A DNA stretch of 64,000 nucleotides from an uncultured Gemmatimonadales bacterium (GCA_963846435.1 CAWJVX010000001.1:424454-488453); one strand, 5' to 3'; counted from the first letter of the stretch, positions 1 through 9,552 are shown. Translations and numbers: made by a program. Notes: generated by a model from the letters alone, not told the origin.

Positions 1-115
1 GCCAGCCGGCAAACGCTGCCATTGGCAGATCAGCATGCTCCTCCCTTCATCGAAGCGAGGCAGTCATCCTGCCGTCGAGCGACACTGGCGACTCCAGGAG
101 TTATCTCTGTTCGGT

Positions 116-655
116 CTATTGCGCGAGCCGGCGGGCGATGTCCTGGAGCTGACCGGCGTGCCTCGCCTCATGCTGTCCCACGAACAGAACCCATTGATAC
201 AGGTTGAGTGAGCCGAGGAGGGGGTGCGGATACTCGATCCGGCCCAGAGCCAGACCGTCCCCGGCCTCGAGCGCGGAGACCAGCACCTGGCGCGACTCCG
301 TCAGCGCCGCCACCGCCTGCGCGGCGGTAAGGTCGCCTCGCGGCATTACCGGGTCGGGCGCGCTGAGATGGAAACTGCGGTCGAGAAGGCGCAGGGTATC
401 GAGCGAGCCCAGCATGGAGCCGCCTTCGTGCTCCGGCTCGAGGCCGGCGGCCTTGGCCTGCTCCACCGACCGGGTGAGCAACCTGGCAATGCCTTTCTCG
501 ACCCGGTGCAGATGCTCGAGCACCTCCGCAACCGACCAGATGGCGGGATCCAGACGCCGGTCCCGCAGTGCCTCGGGGATAAGCGAGACGGCGTCGAAGA
601 GCCCGGCGCGTTGCCGCTCGGTGTAGGCTAGCAGCTCAGCAAGTCTGGGGTGCAT
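116..655 (-). CDS. DinB family protein
   Basis: 179-aa ORF with a DinB-like pattern (WSVAEVLEHLHRVE and C-terminal GQHEARHAGQL with conserved His positions). Confidence 0.7.
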   Translation of the reverse strand: MHPRLAELLAYTERQRAGLFDAVSLIPEALRDRRLDPAIWSVAEVLEHLHRVEKGIARLLTRSVEQAKAAGLEPEHEGGSMLGSLDTLRLLDRSFHLSAPDPVMPRGDLTAAQAVAALTESRQVLVSALEAGDGLALGRIEYPHPLLGSLNLYQWVLFVGQHEARHAGQLQDIARRLAQ

Positions 656-785
656 GCCAATAACCTAGCCCCGCACGTTTGATGACGCCTGTGTATCCTG
701 CCCCGGTCATGCCGTGAATCCTACGCCCGAGTGTCGCGTAGGGAGATGGACCGCAAGCCCACACCGCAGCGCGGGAGGCTGGATC

Positions 786-1661
786 ATGACTCGACTTCGC
801 CGGGTGATCACGGTCGGCCTCAGCGGCCTGCTGCTCACCGCGGGACAGCGCATCGCAGCCCAGGACCAGAGAACCGCTCTTCTCACTACCGAGCGGGCCA
901 CCGCGGAGCGGAGCCACGATTCGGGTTTTGCGGATGCCGTCCTTGGCAGCATGCACCGGGACGGAATTCTGCTTTGGCCCGGTGCGCCCGTCGTGGCCGG
1001 AGCTTCCGACTTGAAACGGTTTCTGGCGGGGCTTCCCACCGACTCGCTTCAGCTCACCTGGCAGCCGCTGGGTGTCGAGCTCGCCCGGGACTCGAGCCTC
1101 GGCATAACGTGGGGGGTGAGCGTGGCCGGCGCCAGCCGGCGGGCACCCGAGATCGGTAGTTACATCGCTGCCTGGCGACGCGACGGGACCAGCTGGACGA
1201 TCGCCGCGCTGGTGTTTGCTGGAATGCCCCGGCTTCCCAAGCCGAAGCAAACCGGCGGAATCCCGCCGAGCAGGGCGGCCATCGAGGCGCGCGGGAGCGG
1301 GGGGCCTTTTGTCGCCGCCGATCTCGCCTTTGCGCGGCTCGCAGCCGACAGTGGGGCCGCTGTGGCGTTCGAGCGATGGGCTGCTCCAGAGGCGGTCACC
1401 TTCGGGGATCGAGGTCTGCTCACCCGAGGCCCCCGGGCCATCGGCCGAGCGGTGGACTTCCCCGCCCTGTGGCGCTGGCATCCGGTGGCCGCCGGCGCCG
1501 CCGGCAGCGGCGATCTCGGCTGGACCGTGGGCGAAGCCATCATCGCCAGCAAGGATCGTCAGCCTACCCATTCCAAGTACCTTACGATCTGGACTCGGCA
1601 GAGCAACGGGGCCGTCCGATTCCTGACCGACGGCGGCAACGGAAGGCCGGCAACACCGTGA
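786..1661 (+). CDS. secreted hypothetical protein with two NTF2/DUF4440-like halves
   Basis: ATG at 786 gives a signal-like N-terminus MTRLRRVITVGLSGLLLTAGQRIAAQ (the track ORF starts at 714). The C-terminal SKYLTIWTRQSNGAVRFLTDGGN resembles DUF4440/SnoaL-like proteins. Confidence 0.5.
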   Translation: MTRLRRVITVGLSGLLLTAGQRIAAQDQRTALLTTERATAERSHDSGFADAVLGSMHRDGILLWPGAPVVAGASDLKRFLAGLPTDSLQLTWQPLGVELARDSSLGITWGVSVAGASRRAPEIGSYIAAWRRDGTSWTIAALVFAGMPRLPKPKQTGGIPPSRAAIEARGSGGPFVAADLAFARLAADSGAAVAFERWAAPEAVTFGDRGLLTRGPRAIGRAVDFPALWRWHPVAAGAAGSGDLGWTVGEAIIASKDRQPTHSKYLTIWTRQSNGAVRFLTDGGNGRPATP

Positions 1662-1672
1662 GCTGAGCTCGT

Positions 1673-1915
1673 CTAGCGCAGACTTTCCGATACCCGGGCG
1701 AGAAGCGCCACCAGCGTCACGATAGCGAAGACGAGCACCACGGCGGCCGCCATCAGAATCCAGCGGACCCGCCGAAGCCCCGCCTGCTGCAGCCGAATCG
1801 ATTCCTGCTGATTCCGCAGCGCTTCACGGTAGTTCTCGACATGGGCTCGTTGCAGGTCGCGGAGCTCCTCGAGCAGCCGGATCACGCGATCATCGGTCAT
1901 TGGCTCACTCACCAT
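1673..1915 (-). CDS. small membrane-anchored hypothetical protein
   Basis: 80-aa ORF with a charged helical N-half and one C-terminal TM helix (WILMAAAVVLVFAIVTLVALLA). No family recognised. Confidence 0.4.
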   Translation of the reverse strand: MVSEPMTDDRVIRLLEELRDLQRAHVENYREALRNQQESIRLQQAGLRRVRWILMAAAVVLVFAIVTLVALLARVSESLR

Positions 1916-1947
1916 GCCTCCTCCGCCAGGACTCCTTATACTGGGTC

Positions 1948-2334
1948 ATGCTGACTTCCTGGAAACGGGCCGCGGTCTTCCTTTGGCGCGCGCTGCGCCT
2001 CCGCTGTCCCAACTGTGGGGCCGGGCGGATCTTCGAGTCATGGCTCCGCATACGTCCACGCTGCCCGGTGTGTGGACTACGATTGGAGCGGGGTGAGGAG
2101 GGATATCAGGTCGGCGCATACATGTTCAACATCGTCGCGGCCGAGCTGGCGTTCGCCCTCGTCTTTCTCGGCATCCTGGCCGCCACCTGGCCCACTCCCC
2201 CCTGGGACCTGCTCCTGTACGGCGGCGCTGTCCTGATGGTTGTTGCTCCAATCCTGTTCTACCCCTTCGCCAAGACTCTCTTTCTTGGGTTCGATCTGAT
2301 CTTTCGCCCGCCATCCCCGTCGGATTTCTGCTAG
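1948..2334 (+). CDS. DUF983 domain-containing protein
   Basis: Zinc-ribbon CPNCGAGRIF...CPVCGL followed by two TM helices. Start moved to ATG 1948 (MLTSWKRAAV), which removes the overlap with the neighbouring ORF. Confidence 0.65.
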   Translation: MLTSWKRAAVFLWRALRLRCPNCGAGRIFESWLRIRPRCPVCGLRLERGEEGYQVGAYMFNIVAAELAFALVFLGILAATWPTPPWDLLLYGGAVLMVVAPILFYPFAKTLFLGFDLIFRPPSPSDFC

Positions 2335-2777
2335 TCCGACCAGGGCTGGCCGGCACCCCGCACGGCGCGCACTGGCTCTACCTCGTAGGTCGTGACTTCC
2401 AGCCGATACCCCGACGGGTCCGAGAAGTAGACCGACCAGGCACCGCCATGGTCCACCACCCGCGCGTCCTTCACACCGAGCCCGGCCATCCTTGCGGTGA
2501 ATGCCAGAAATTCGGTTGCGCTCACCCGAAACGCCACCCGGTGAAACCCGGCGGTAGGACGGCTCCCTTGGCCCTCGCCGGCGAACAGGGCCAGCTTGGT
2601 CTTGCCACCATCGGGCGAGATCATCATCGGGCCGTCGGGGTCGGAGGCCCACGATTCGGTCCCAGCCACGGGCTCACAGCCAAGCACCCGGGCGTACCAG
2701 GCGGCCGCGCTGACCCGGTCGGGGACGTACAGCTCGACGTGATCCAGGGTGAAGCGGGGCTCCCGGGCATTGCTCAC
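2331..2777 (-). CDS. VOC (glyoxalase/bleomycin resistance/dioxygenase) family protein
   Basis: 148 aa. LDHVELYVPD and HRVAFRV motifs are typical of the VOC fold. Confidence 0.7.
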   Translation of the reverse strand: MSNAREPRFTLDHVELYVPDRVSAAAWYARVLGCEPVAGTESWASDPDGPMMISPDGGKTKLALFAGEGQGSRPTAGFHRVAFRVSATEFLAFTARMAGLGVKDARVVDHGGAWSVYFSDPSGYRLEVTTYEVEPVRAVRGAGQPWSD

Positions 2778-3187
2778 GGAAGATGGCCGAAATCAGAATC
2801 CATGATCACTCCCCCAGCGGTCCGGAATAGCTCTCTGAGCACCGACCGATGGCACCGGGATTCATCGGCGCAGTAGCAGCCCACGGAAAAGTTCTGCCGT
2901 GCGGAGAGGGCGGCCAGCAATGCGATCAGTCGTTGCGCTGCCGGCCTCCGCATCTCGGCCCGGTAGCGGCGCACGAATGTGGCCCAGCGCCTCGGGGTGA
3001 GCGGCTGGGAGGAGGCCCAGGAGACCAGTGGAGCGCTTGGCGCCAGGTCGGGAACCCAAACGTCGAAGTAGTCGCGCCGCCCGAAATCCTCCTTCCGCAC
3101 GCCGCGAGGAGGGCGGCGCACGGTTCCGAGGCGGACGCCCTCGTCATCGTGGCGAGGGGTTCCGAGGCGGACGACGCGGATACCCAA
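2774..3187 (-). CDS. DUF488 family protein
   Basis: The C-terminal CYCADESRCHRSVL plus PRGVRKEDF...VWVPDLAPS match DUF488. The likely start is the in-frame TTG at 3187 ((M)GIRVVRLG); the longer track ORF to 3316 looks like an extension. Confidence 0.6.
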   Translation of the reverse strand: MGIRVVRLGTPRHDDEGVRLGTVRRPPRGVRKEDFGRRDYFDVWVPDLAPSAPLVSWASSQPLTPRRWATFVRRYRAEMRRPAAQRLIALLAALSARQNFSVGCYCADESRCHRSVLRELFRTAGGVIMDSDFGHLP

Positions 3188-3210
3188 GGTGTCGCCTCCG
3201 GCAGCCCTGG

Positions 3211-3582
3211 TCAGCTGTTGCGGAGTTGTGCGGCGAGACGCTTGGGCGCCGCCAGCAGGTAGGCATCGAGGAGCAGATCGGCGAGGTCGTCCCACGCCAC
3301 CGCGCCATCGAGCCACACACCGACCCAGCCACTCGGTCCCACGTACGGCGGCACGAAGAAGCGCCCGGGCTCGGCCTTCACCATCATCGCCTGATTCGTC
3401 GCGGAGGCCTTACACCATACCGCGGGGCGGCCGGCACCATGGTGGTTGCCCGCGCCGGCGTACATGGCGAATAGCTTATTGCGTATCCGGAAGGTCGGTT
3501 CACCCCAGGCCTCGACTTCATGGGCCTCGGGCAAGGCGAGACAGAGCTTACGCAGGCGGGATAGGACGCGTGGCGATGCCAT
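3211..3582 (-). CDS. MmcQ/YjbR family DNA-binding protein
   Basis: 123 aa. LRKLCLALPEAHEVEAWGEPTFRIRNKLFAMY... is the typical YjbR N-terminal pattern. Confidence 0.7.
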   Translation of the reverse strand: MASPRVLSRLRKLCLALPEAHEVEAWGEPTFRIRNKLFAMYAGAGNHHGAGRPAVWCKASATNQAMMVKAEPGRFFVPPYVGPSGWVGVWLDGAVAWDDLADLLLDAYLLAAPKRLAAQLRNS

Positions 3583-3719
3583 CGAGAGAATTCCGGGTCA
3601 GAGCGAGGCTGAACGAGCCCGGAATCTACGTCGCCAGCCGCATTCCGCGCTTGCCCACGCGCGGGTGGAATGCGGCCACGTCCCCGGCCGCCATCGCGTA
3701 GAGGATCCGCGAGGAAGGG

Positions 3720-3995
3720 CTACGCCAGCGGGCCCTTACCCAGGAACTGAATCAGGGTCGCCTCGGGTGTGCGGCTGTTGAAGTGGGTCTCGCTGATGTT
3801 GGCCATGCCTCGTTGCCCGTTGTCCAGCGTCAGCCAGATCCGCTCGCTCGGCAGAAACCCATCGGCGGTGCGGGACATGAACTCCCCATGCCAGGACTGG
3901 CGGCCCGTAGTCGAGTCGGTAACGGTTACCCGCACGTCGACCTCCTTCAACGCCTTCCGGTTGGACCGCTCGATGAGTGCCTTCAGAGACTGCAT
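3720..3995 (-). CDS. hypothetical protein
   Basis: 91-aa ORF directly downstream of the kinase gene on the same strand. Codon usage is GC3-rich; no family recognised. Confidence 0.4.
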   Translation of the reverse strand: MQSLKALIERSNRKALKEVDVRVTVTDSTTGRQSWHGEFMSRTADGFLPSERIWLTLDNGQRGMANISETHFNSRTPEATLIQFLGKGPLA

Positions 3996-4038
3996 GAGAC
4001 GCCTGCTTTCTCGTGTGGGAAATCTCAGTAATCCAGTT

Positions 4039-5622
4039 TCAGGCCCGGGCCGGCTGATGCTTTGACCACCACTTGTGGGCCTGCTGTTCGGTCCATAGCC
4101 CCGCCCCGTTGACCTCTCCCAGCCGGGTCGACAGCTCCCGCGCCGACTGCGGCCGCTCGGTGGGGTTCTTGGCCAGGCAGGAGAGCACCAACTGGTCGAG
4201 CTCCGGTGGTATGGCCTGCTCGGCGCGAGACGACGGGGCCGGCGGTGGAGTATGCACGTGGTGCATGAGGAGCGCCATCGAGGTGTCCGCAGTGAATACC
4301 AGCTGCCCCGTCAGCAGCCAGTAGGCCACGCACCCCGTAGCGTAAATATCCACCCTGCCGTCCAGCTTGGATCGGCCCAACGCCTGCTCGGGTGCGATGA
4401 ATGCCGGTGTGCCGTGGACCGTGTGCTCGCGAGTCAGGGTCTGCCCGGCGTCTCCATGGTCGTCGAACGCCTTGACCAGGCCGAAATCGAGAACCTTCAC
4501 GAAGTCACAGTCCTCACCGTAGCGACACAGAAAGATGTTCGCCGGCTTGATGTCGCGATGAACCAGGCCGCAGGATTCCGCCTCGGACAAGGAGTGACAC
4601 ACCTGGCGCAGCAGGTAGATGGCCCGTTCCGCCGGCACCGGGCCGAAGCGCCGCACCAGCCGGTCTGCGTCGAGCCCATCCAGCAATTCCATCGCGTAGT
4701 AGAAATCGCCGTTGTTGGCCAGCCCGAAGTCGAAGAGGTTCACCGTGTGGGGGGAGCGAAGCCGGGCGATCGCCTGAGCCTCTCGTTCGAAACGGTGCTG
4801 CAGATCGGGTGGAGCACCCCGCCCCTGCTCGGTCGCAAGGGCGGGACGAATGACCTTGATGGCGGCCGGTCGGGCCAGCATTCGATGCTGCGCCCGCCAG
4901 ACCTCGCCCATTCCACCCTGCCCCAGCCGTTCTTCCAGCCGGTAGCTCCCCAACTCCCTCGCCGCCGCCACCTCCCGTCCCAACCGGTAGATCACTCGGG
5001 CACCCATGTAGGCAAACACGACCGCAAAGGCGCCGCTGAAGACCAGGTCGACGTAGTCGCCGGCATTCGCCTCTACCTTGCCGGTCACCTCGAGCAGCAA
5101 GAGCGCCAGCAGAGGCATCGCTGCCGCGAGCATGGCGGCCGCGAGCATCCGGCGCGGCGGCCCCGGCAGGATCAGGGGAAACAGGATGACCACCGCCGGA
5201 ACCCAGGTGAGGTTGGGGAGCTCGCCCTTGTCCAGGTAGAACTGCCAGAAGGTCGCCACCGCCATCACGAAACAGATGACTACTTCGTAGACCAGGCCGA
5301 GGGTGTGAAGGCGGGTCGCAGACACCTTGCGACTGCCTGCGGCCCGCCAGAGCACGGCGGAGGCCACTACGGCGCCGATATTGAGCGCCAGGAACCCGGT
5401 CCTCGCGAACGAGCCGGCGGTCAAGGGAACGCGTGCGAGAGTAGCTACCGACCAGGCAAGAAAGTAGAGAACCGGATCGAAGGCGAAGGCGATGAGGATG
5501 AGCATCGTGAGAAGACGCAGCCGCCCGCGAACCTGCTCCAGGAGATCGGCGGGAAGCGAGGACGATAGACCTCGCTCGTCGGAGCGCGCTTCGGGGGGCA
5601 ACAGCGTAACGTGCTCGTGCAT
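4039..5622 (-). CDS. serine/threonine protein kinase with N-terminal multi-pass membrane domain
   Basis: Hanks kinase motifs are present: GQGGMGEVWRA, AIKVI, HRDIKPANIF, DFG, GTPAFIAPE. About 6 TM helices precede the kinase domain. Confidence 0.85.
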   Translation of the reverse strand: MHEHVTLLPPEARSDERGLSSSLPADLLEQVRGRLRLLTMLILIAFAFDPVLYFLAWSVATLARVPLTAGSFARTGFLALNIGAVVASAVLWRAAGSRKVSATRLHTLGLVYEVVICFVMAVATFWQFYLDKGELPNLTWVPAVVILFPLILPGPPRRMLAAAMLAAAMPLLALLLLEVTGKVEANAGDYVDLVFSGAFAVVFAYMGARVIYRLGREVAAARELGSYRLEERLGQGGMGEVWRAQHRMLARPAAIKVIRPALATEQGRGAPPDLQHRFEREAQAIARLRSPHTVNLFDFGLANNGDFYYAMELLDGLDADRLVRRFGPVPAERAIYLLRQVCHSLSEAESCGLVHRDIKPANIFLCRYGEDCDFVKVLDFGLVKAFDDHGDAGQTLTREHTVHGTPAFIAPEQALGRSKLDGRVDIYATGCVAYWLLTGQLVFTADTSMALLMHHVHTPPPAPSSRAEQAIPPELDQLVLSCLAKNPTERPQSARELSTRLGEVNGAGLWTEQQAHKWWSKHQPARA

Positions 5623-5672
5623 GCCAGGCTCCGCGGGGGCGTTGGCTCAGCTGGGTTGCACCGCGGATCGAG

Positions 5673-5834
5673 TTACTCCTCGAGCGCGATCGGATCGGCC
5701 GGAGCGCCCTCGACCGGGGTCTCTTCAGCCGATTCCTTTGCCCGCTCGAGCTTGCGCTGTTTCTTCTCTTCCTTCTGGCGCTGCTTGGTCAGTTCCTTCT
5801 GCCGCTTCTCGAACCCGTAATTGCGCTTTGGCAA
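5673..5834 (-). CDS. small Lys/Glu-rich hypothetical protein (53 aa, TTG start)
   Basis: Below the track's 60-aa cut-off. TTG at 5834 is preceded by GGAG 5 nt upstream. It encodes (M)PKRNYGFEKRQKELTKQRQKEEKKQRKLERAKESAEETPVEGAPADPIALEE, with a TAA stop at 5675..5673. Confidence 0.35.
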   Translation of the reverse strand: MPKRNYGFEKRQKELTKQRQKEEKKQRKLERAKESAEETPVEGAPADPIALEE

Positions 5835-5915
5835 AGATGCTCCAAGTGATGCAGTCCGGCCGGCGACCGGCCGGACGCTGGGAAAACCGCCTGCGAGCGC
5901 CTGTCAGCTAGACAG

Positions 5916-6317
5916 TTACCACTCGAGCAGGCCGTCTTCTTCGAGGAAGGCTGCAACCAGGACCAGCTGGGGAAAGCTCGGCGCCTCCTTGAAGGCTCGC
6001 GCCGCATCCCGGAGCGCGGGCGAGGCATGTTGGCCGCTGCGCAGGCGAAACTGACGGTGGGTGATGGCCAGCTCGTTGAACACCCGGCGGAGGGAGCTGG
6101 CTTCACGGGTTGGGGTCGGCGTCGCCGTCTGCGGGCTCACCGCTGCGGGCTGGCTGGCTTTCGGCGGTCGCACCCGCTTGGAACGAGGGCGTGAGGCGCG
6201 GGCCCTTTGATCCAGGGCGAGCCCGACTTCGGCCATGCGGGCCTGGACCCGTTCGGCCAGAGGATGTATCGCGGTAGACGCCGTCGGGCTTGGCTGAGCC
6301 GATTTCTTTTTGGGCAT
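5916..6317 (-). CDS. hypothetical protein
   Basis: 133-aa ORF with a basic low-complexity centre and a structured C-terminus. No family recognised. Confidence 0.4.
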   Translation of the reverse strand: MPKKKSAQPSPTASTAIHPLAERVQARMAEVGLALDQRARASRPRSKRVRPPKASQPAAVSPQTATPTPTREASSLRRVFNELAITHRQFRLRSGQHASPALRDAARAFKEAPSFPQLVLVAAFLEEDGLLEW

Positions 6318-6444
6318 GAGGTCCTACCAGAGAGGGAGCAGCCACATCAAGGATGAAGCGGAAGCAGATGAAACTTAACCTCATCGAGGCCCTTTCAGGA
6401 GAGCGTCGAGGCAACTCGCTGCCGCGCCGAGTGATGCGGTGCGC

Positions 6445-6891
6445 TCAGCGGGGCCGAAGCAGCCGAGTCAGGGCCCGGTCCAGGGCGGCGGCAAATGCCT
6501 GTTTGGCCCGGGCATCGTAGGGCGGCGGCCCGCTGGTTACCGCTCCCCCACGACGCAATGCCTCCATGAAATCACGGATGGAAAGCCGTTCCCCTATCGT
6601 CTCGGCGGTATGTTCCTCGCCACGAGGGTCCAGAACCACGACCTGCCTCGGGACCAGGAGCGCGGCCAGAGGAATGTCCTGGGTGACCACCAGATCGCCG
6701 GCTTCGGCGTGCTCGGCGATGTACTGGTCGGCTACATCCGGACCCCCCTCGACCCACACGGCAGTGACCAGCGGGACCCCCGGTGGGGCCTGGAGCCGCT
6801 GATTTGCCACCAGGACGGTTGCCACACCGAGCCGTCTTGCCGCCCGGTACACCAGATCCTTGACGTCCCGGGGCGCGGCGTCGGCATCCAC
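6445..6891 (-). CDS. YaiI/YqxD (DUF188, UPF0178) family protein
   Basis: (RIW)VDADAAPRDVKDLV..., then VANQ and DLVVTQDIPLAALL, match the DUF188 pattern. The true start may be a few codons upstream (CTG at about 6903). Confidence 0.75.
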   Translation of the reverse strand: MDADAAPRDVKDLVYRAARRLGVATVLVANQRLQAPPGVPLVTAVWVEGGPDVADQYIAEHAEAGDLVVTQDIPLAALLVPRQVVVLDPRGEEHTAETIGERLSIRDFMEALRRGGAVTSGPPPYDARAKQAFAAALDRALTRLLRPR

Positions 6892-6927
6892 CCAGATTCT
6901 CAGGGTCGGTCTCCCAGGAACACTGTG

Positions 6928-7404
6928 TCAGCCGTGGTGACCGTGCTCTGTGCCGTGATAGGCATGGACGACGGCATGCCCGCGGCCCCGAAGGATCAAC
7001 CACCGGTTCAAGGGGTAGGCCGCCACTCCCGCGAGCAACAGGGAGGCCGCCATACTGGCCCAGAAGAGCGGGCTGGATACCCGGGCATCCATCGCGCCGG
7101 GAATGACCAGCAGAACGGCGTTGTCGACGATTTCCATCAGTGCGATGGAGAGGGTGTCTGACGCGAATGCCAGCCCAAGCACGGTCTTCCACCCGAGCCC
7201 GGCACTCCTCAAGGGAATGAGGGTGAGCGTGTACCCGAAGATGAATGCCAGGATCACCGCGACGACGATGGTCGTGGGATTGGACCAGCCGAGGGTCGCG
7301 CCGAGGGCCATGCCCAGAATCTCCCCGATGCTGCAGCCGGCGAGGCAGTGCACCGTTGCCCGCAGCGCGAGCTGATGCGGAGAGCTTCCGCGTCCGGCCT
7401 TCAT
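6928..7404 (-). CDS. DUF4396 domain-containing membrane protein
   Basis: HCLAGCSIGEILGM motif, 4 TM helices and a His-rich C-terminus. Confidence 0.65.
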   Translation of the reverse strand: MKAGRGSSPHQLALRATVHCLAGCSIGEILGMALGATLGWSNPTTIVVAVILAFIFGYTLTLIPLRSAGLGWKTVLGLAFASDTLSIALMEIVDNAVLLVIPGAMDARVSSPLFWASMAASLLLAGVAAYPLNRWLILRGRGHAVVHAYHGTEHGHHG

Positions 7405-7421
7405 GTCCCCGGCGATGGAGT

Positions 7422-8183
7422 CTACCTCGCGGACACGGCGTTCAGGTCTCGAAACGATCCGCCGAAGTAGCTGCTGTTCCAGTACGCCTTGTGGGCCACC
7501 TCCGCCGCCACCTGCCGCGCTCCGTCGGGCGTGTCGGCAAAGACAACCACCCGGGTTCCCTTATCCTTCTTGGGGAGCCGCCCATCGTCGTTCGCCGCTT
7601 CAGCCTCGCCCGGCCGAATGTTGACCGCCCCGGGCAGTGTGCCACGGGCAAAATCCGCTGCGGTCCGCGCGTCGACCCACACGGCCGTCTTGTCTCCAGC
7701 CCGGATGTATCGCGCTCCAGCGAGATCGGTCTGCACCGTGTTCCCGAGAGCGCGCCACACCGGCAAGCCGAGCTGGTACCGCTTCACGTTGGTGTACCCC
7801 CGTCCAATCAGCTCCTGAGACAGGCGCTTGGACTTTCCGCAGAACGGCCCATTGCAGTACAGCACCAGCGCCGCCGCCTTGTCCGGGTACGCACGCACGA
7901 CTTGCTCCACTTCCTTTTCGTACAGGTTGATGCTTCCGGGTATGTGCGCGATGGCGTACTCCTGAGCCGAGCGGACATCGAGGACCGGGGTGCTTCTCGC
8001 CTCGAGAAGCTGCTGGAGCTGTTCGGTGCTCAGCTCCGGGGTGACCGGCTGTGGCTCACCGAGCGTGGCCTGCCAGATGGTGGGTCGGGTCTGGGTCGCG
8101 CTCAGCCGGATGGGATTGGGAAGGTAGGTTGCAGCTCCGAGCAGGAGCAGGCATCCTAGCCGGGTCGGCCATGTGGCATGCAT
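7422..8183 (-). CDS. secreted tandem rhodanese-domain sulfurtransferase-like protein
   Basis: Signal peptide followed by two rhodanese-like halves. Active-site loop LYCNGPFCGKS. The ORF is intact with no internal stop. Confidence 0.8.
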   Translation of the reverse strand: MHATWPTRLGCLLLLGAATYLPNPIRLSATQTRPTIWQATLGEPQPVTPELSTEQLQQLLEARSTPVLDVRSAQEYAIAHIPGSINLYEKEVEQVVRAYPDKAAALVLYCNGPFCGKSKRLSQELIGRGYTNVKRYQLGLPVWRALGNTVQTDLAGARYIRAGDKTAVWVDARTAADFARGTLPGAVNIRPGEAEAANDDGRLPKKDKGTRVVVFADTPDGARQVAAEVAHKAYWNSSYFGGSFRDLNAVSAR

Positions 8184-8199
8184 ACAGCCTCCGTTCTCT

Positions 8200-8514
8200 T
8201 CAAGGTTCTACGGGCTTCAATGCCTCAAGTTGGGCACGGAGATCCTTGGGGCGGGTCCCCAGCAGATCTCCGGTGACGCTGACATAAATTTCCGGCCCTC
8301 CCCGCCCAAATCCGGAGGCATTGGGATATGCGATGACCCAGCCGCGCGGCTTGGCCGGCAGATTCGGAATACCGGTGAAGGCGAACCGGCTGGTAGGGGG
8401 GCCAAGTGTAGGCGGATTGGGGCCTACCAGTTTCCCGGCGGTAAAACGGGCGCCGGCATACGAGCCGCCGGCGAGAGCGGCGCCGATGACGAGAAGCAGG
8501 AAGAGCGCTCGCAT
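8200..8514 (-). CDS. small secreted hypothetical protein
   Basis: ATG at 8514 gives a signal peptide MRALFLLLVIGAALAGGSYA. The upstream 98 codons of the track ORF (to 8808) look like an artefactual extension. Confidence 0.5.
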   Translation of the reverse strand: MRALFLLLVIGAALAGGSYAGARFTAGKLVGPNPPTLGPPTSRFAFTGIPNLPAKPRGWVIAYPNASGFGRGGPEIYVSVTGDLLGTRPKDLRAQLEALKPVEP

Positions 8515-8566
8515 AGGGTCTCCTGAGATGCGACGGGGGCCGGGGCAAGTAAGCCATGCGACGACG

Positions 8567-8599
8567 AAAATGCGACACGCCGCGCCTGGAGCGTGTCGC
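8567..8599 (-). terminator. putative intrinsic terminator after the TerB-like gene
   Basis: Minus strand reads GCGACACGC-N10-GCGUGUCGC (9-bp stem) followed by AUUUU. Confidence 0.4.
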
Positions 8600-8675
8600 A
8601 AAAGCGACCAGCCGGCCCTTTGACGGGGGTCGGTCGCCACCGCCAAAGCGTGGCCCGGAGGGGTGACCCGGCCGC

Positions 8676-9134
8676 TCAGGACTCCCGGGTGGCCGCCCGC
8701 CGGGCCTCGGCCAGGTAGGCCGGCTCCAGCTGCATCAGGCTGGCCATCTTCCGAACCAGATGGGTCTCGTGGTCGCTCAGACGCCCGTCGGCCAGGATGA
8801 CCCCCCACATCACTTCGGCGAGTGCCATCCGCTGAGCCAGAGTGTACTCCGCGGCGACCAGCCGGGTGAATTGAAAATGGTCCAGGGATTGGGCCCGTGC
8901 CGCCTCGGCCAGACGCAGGAGCTCTGCCCCCGACGGCTCGTCGAGACCGAATTGGCGCTGGAGCGTGCTTTCGATGTGCCGTTGCTCTTCGGGGCTGAAT
9001 TCGTTGTCGGCATGGGCCAGCTCCAGAAGCAGCGCACAGGCGGCCAGCTGTACCGGGTCGGGTGCCGGGGCGGCGCTGGGATCCGCTGTTGGAACAAGAC
9101 GCTCGCGAACGAATCGGCGAATGGTCTCGAGCAT
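8676..9134 (-). CDS. TerB-like (tellurite resistance TerB/DjlA N-terminal domain) family protein
   Basis: 152 aa. LLLELAHADNEFSPEEQRHI and WGVILADGRLSDHETHLVRKMA are the repeated TerB-type helices. Confidence 0.6.
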   Translation of the reverse strand: MLETIRRFVRERLVPTADPSAAPAPDPVQLAACALLLELAHADNEFSPEEQRHIESTLQRQFGLDEPSGAELLRLAEAARAQSLDHFQFTRLVAAEYTLAQRMALAEVMWGVILADGRLSDHETHLVRKMASLMQLEPAYLAEARRAATRES

Positions 9135-9145
9135 TCAGCGGTCAA

Positions 9146-9442
9146 TCACGTCAGCGCCACCTCGGCGCCGGGGCCAACCACGGTGGTCCAGGGCCGTACC
9201 CGCCACCCGATGACAATACCGCTTTGGACATAGGGGTCAGCAGCCGCAAAGGTCCGGGCCACCTCCGGGGTTGGCCCCCGGAACAACAGCACCGCAGCGT
9301 CCACCGGATCGGCCAGGGCTCCGCCCAGCACCAGGTCACCCCGCTCGACGAAGGGACGGGCGTACTCCAGATGTGCGGCCCGGAACGGCAGGCGGCGGAG
9401 GGCGTAGTCAGGGACGACATCGTAGAACAGGAGGTAGTGCAT
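9146..9442 (-). CDS. YciI family protein
   Basis: 98 aa. MHYLLFYD..., R..H..Y and DPY are typical YciI-like features. Confidence 0.7.
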   Translation of the reverse strand: MHYLLFYDVVPDYALRRLPFRAAHLEYARPFVERGDLVLGGALADPVDAAVLLFRGPTPEVARTFAAADPYVQSGIVIGWRVRPWTTVVGPGAEVALT

Positions 9443-9552
9443 GGAACCTCAGCCATTTGCCGGCCGGTGACGGCATCAACGGGCGGGCACCACAAAAAGT
9501 TAGCCCGCGGTAACCAACAACAGAAGAGTGAACCGGGGGATGGGACGATTGG

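Noticed and set aside
8515-8808. N-terminal extensions of track ORFs. Examples are 8200..8808, 22447..24204, 52482..54023, 29550..30623, 47172..48134, 31342..32661 and 37988..38761.
   Set aside because: The extensions are low-complexity, and most overlap the upstream gene or a repeat element; the 8200..8808 one instead runs across the putative terminator in the spacer. In each case they precede an internal start that reproduces the conserved family N-terminus or a signal peptide. The starts were trimmed accordingly.
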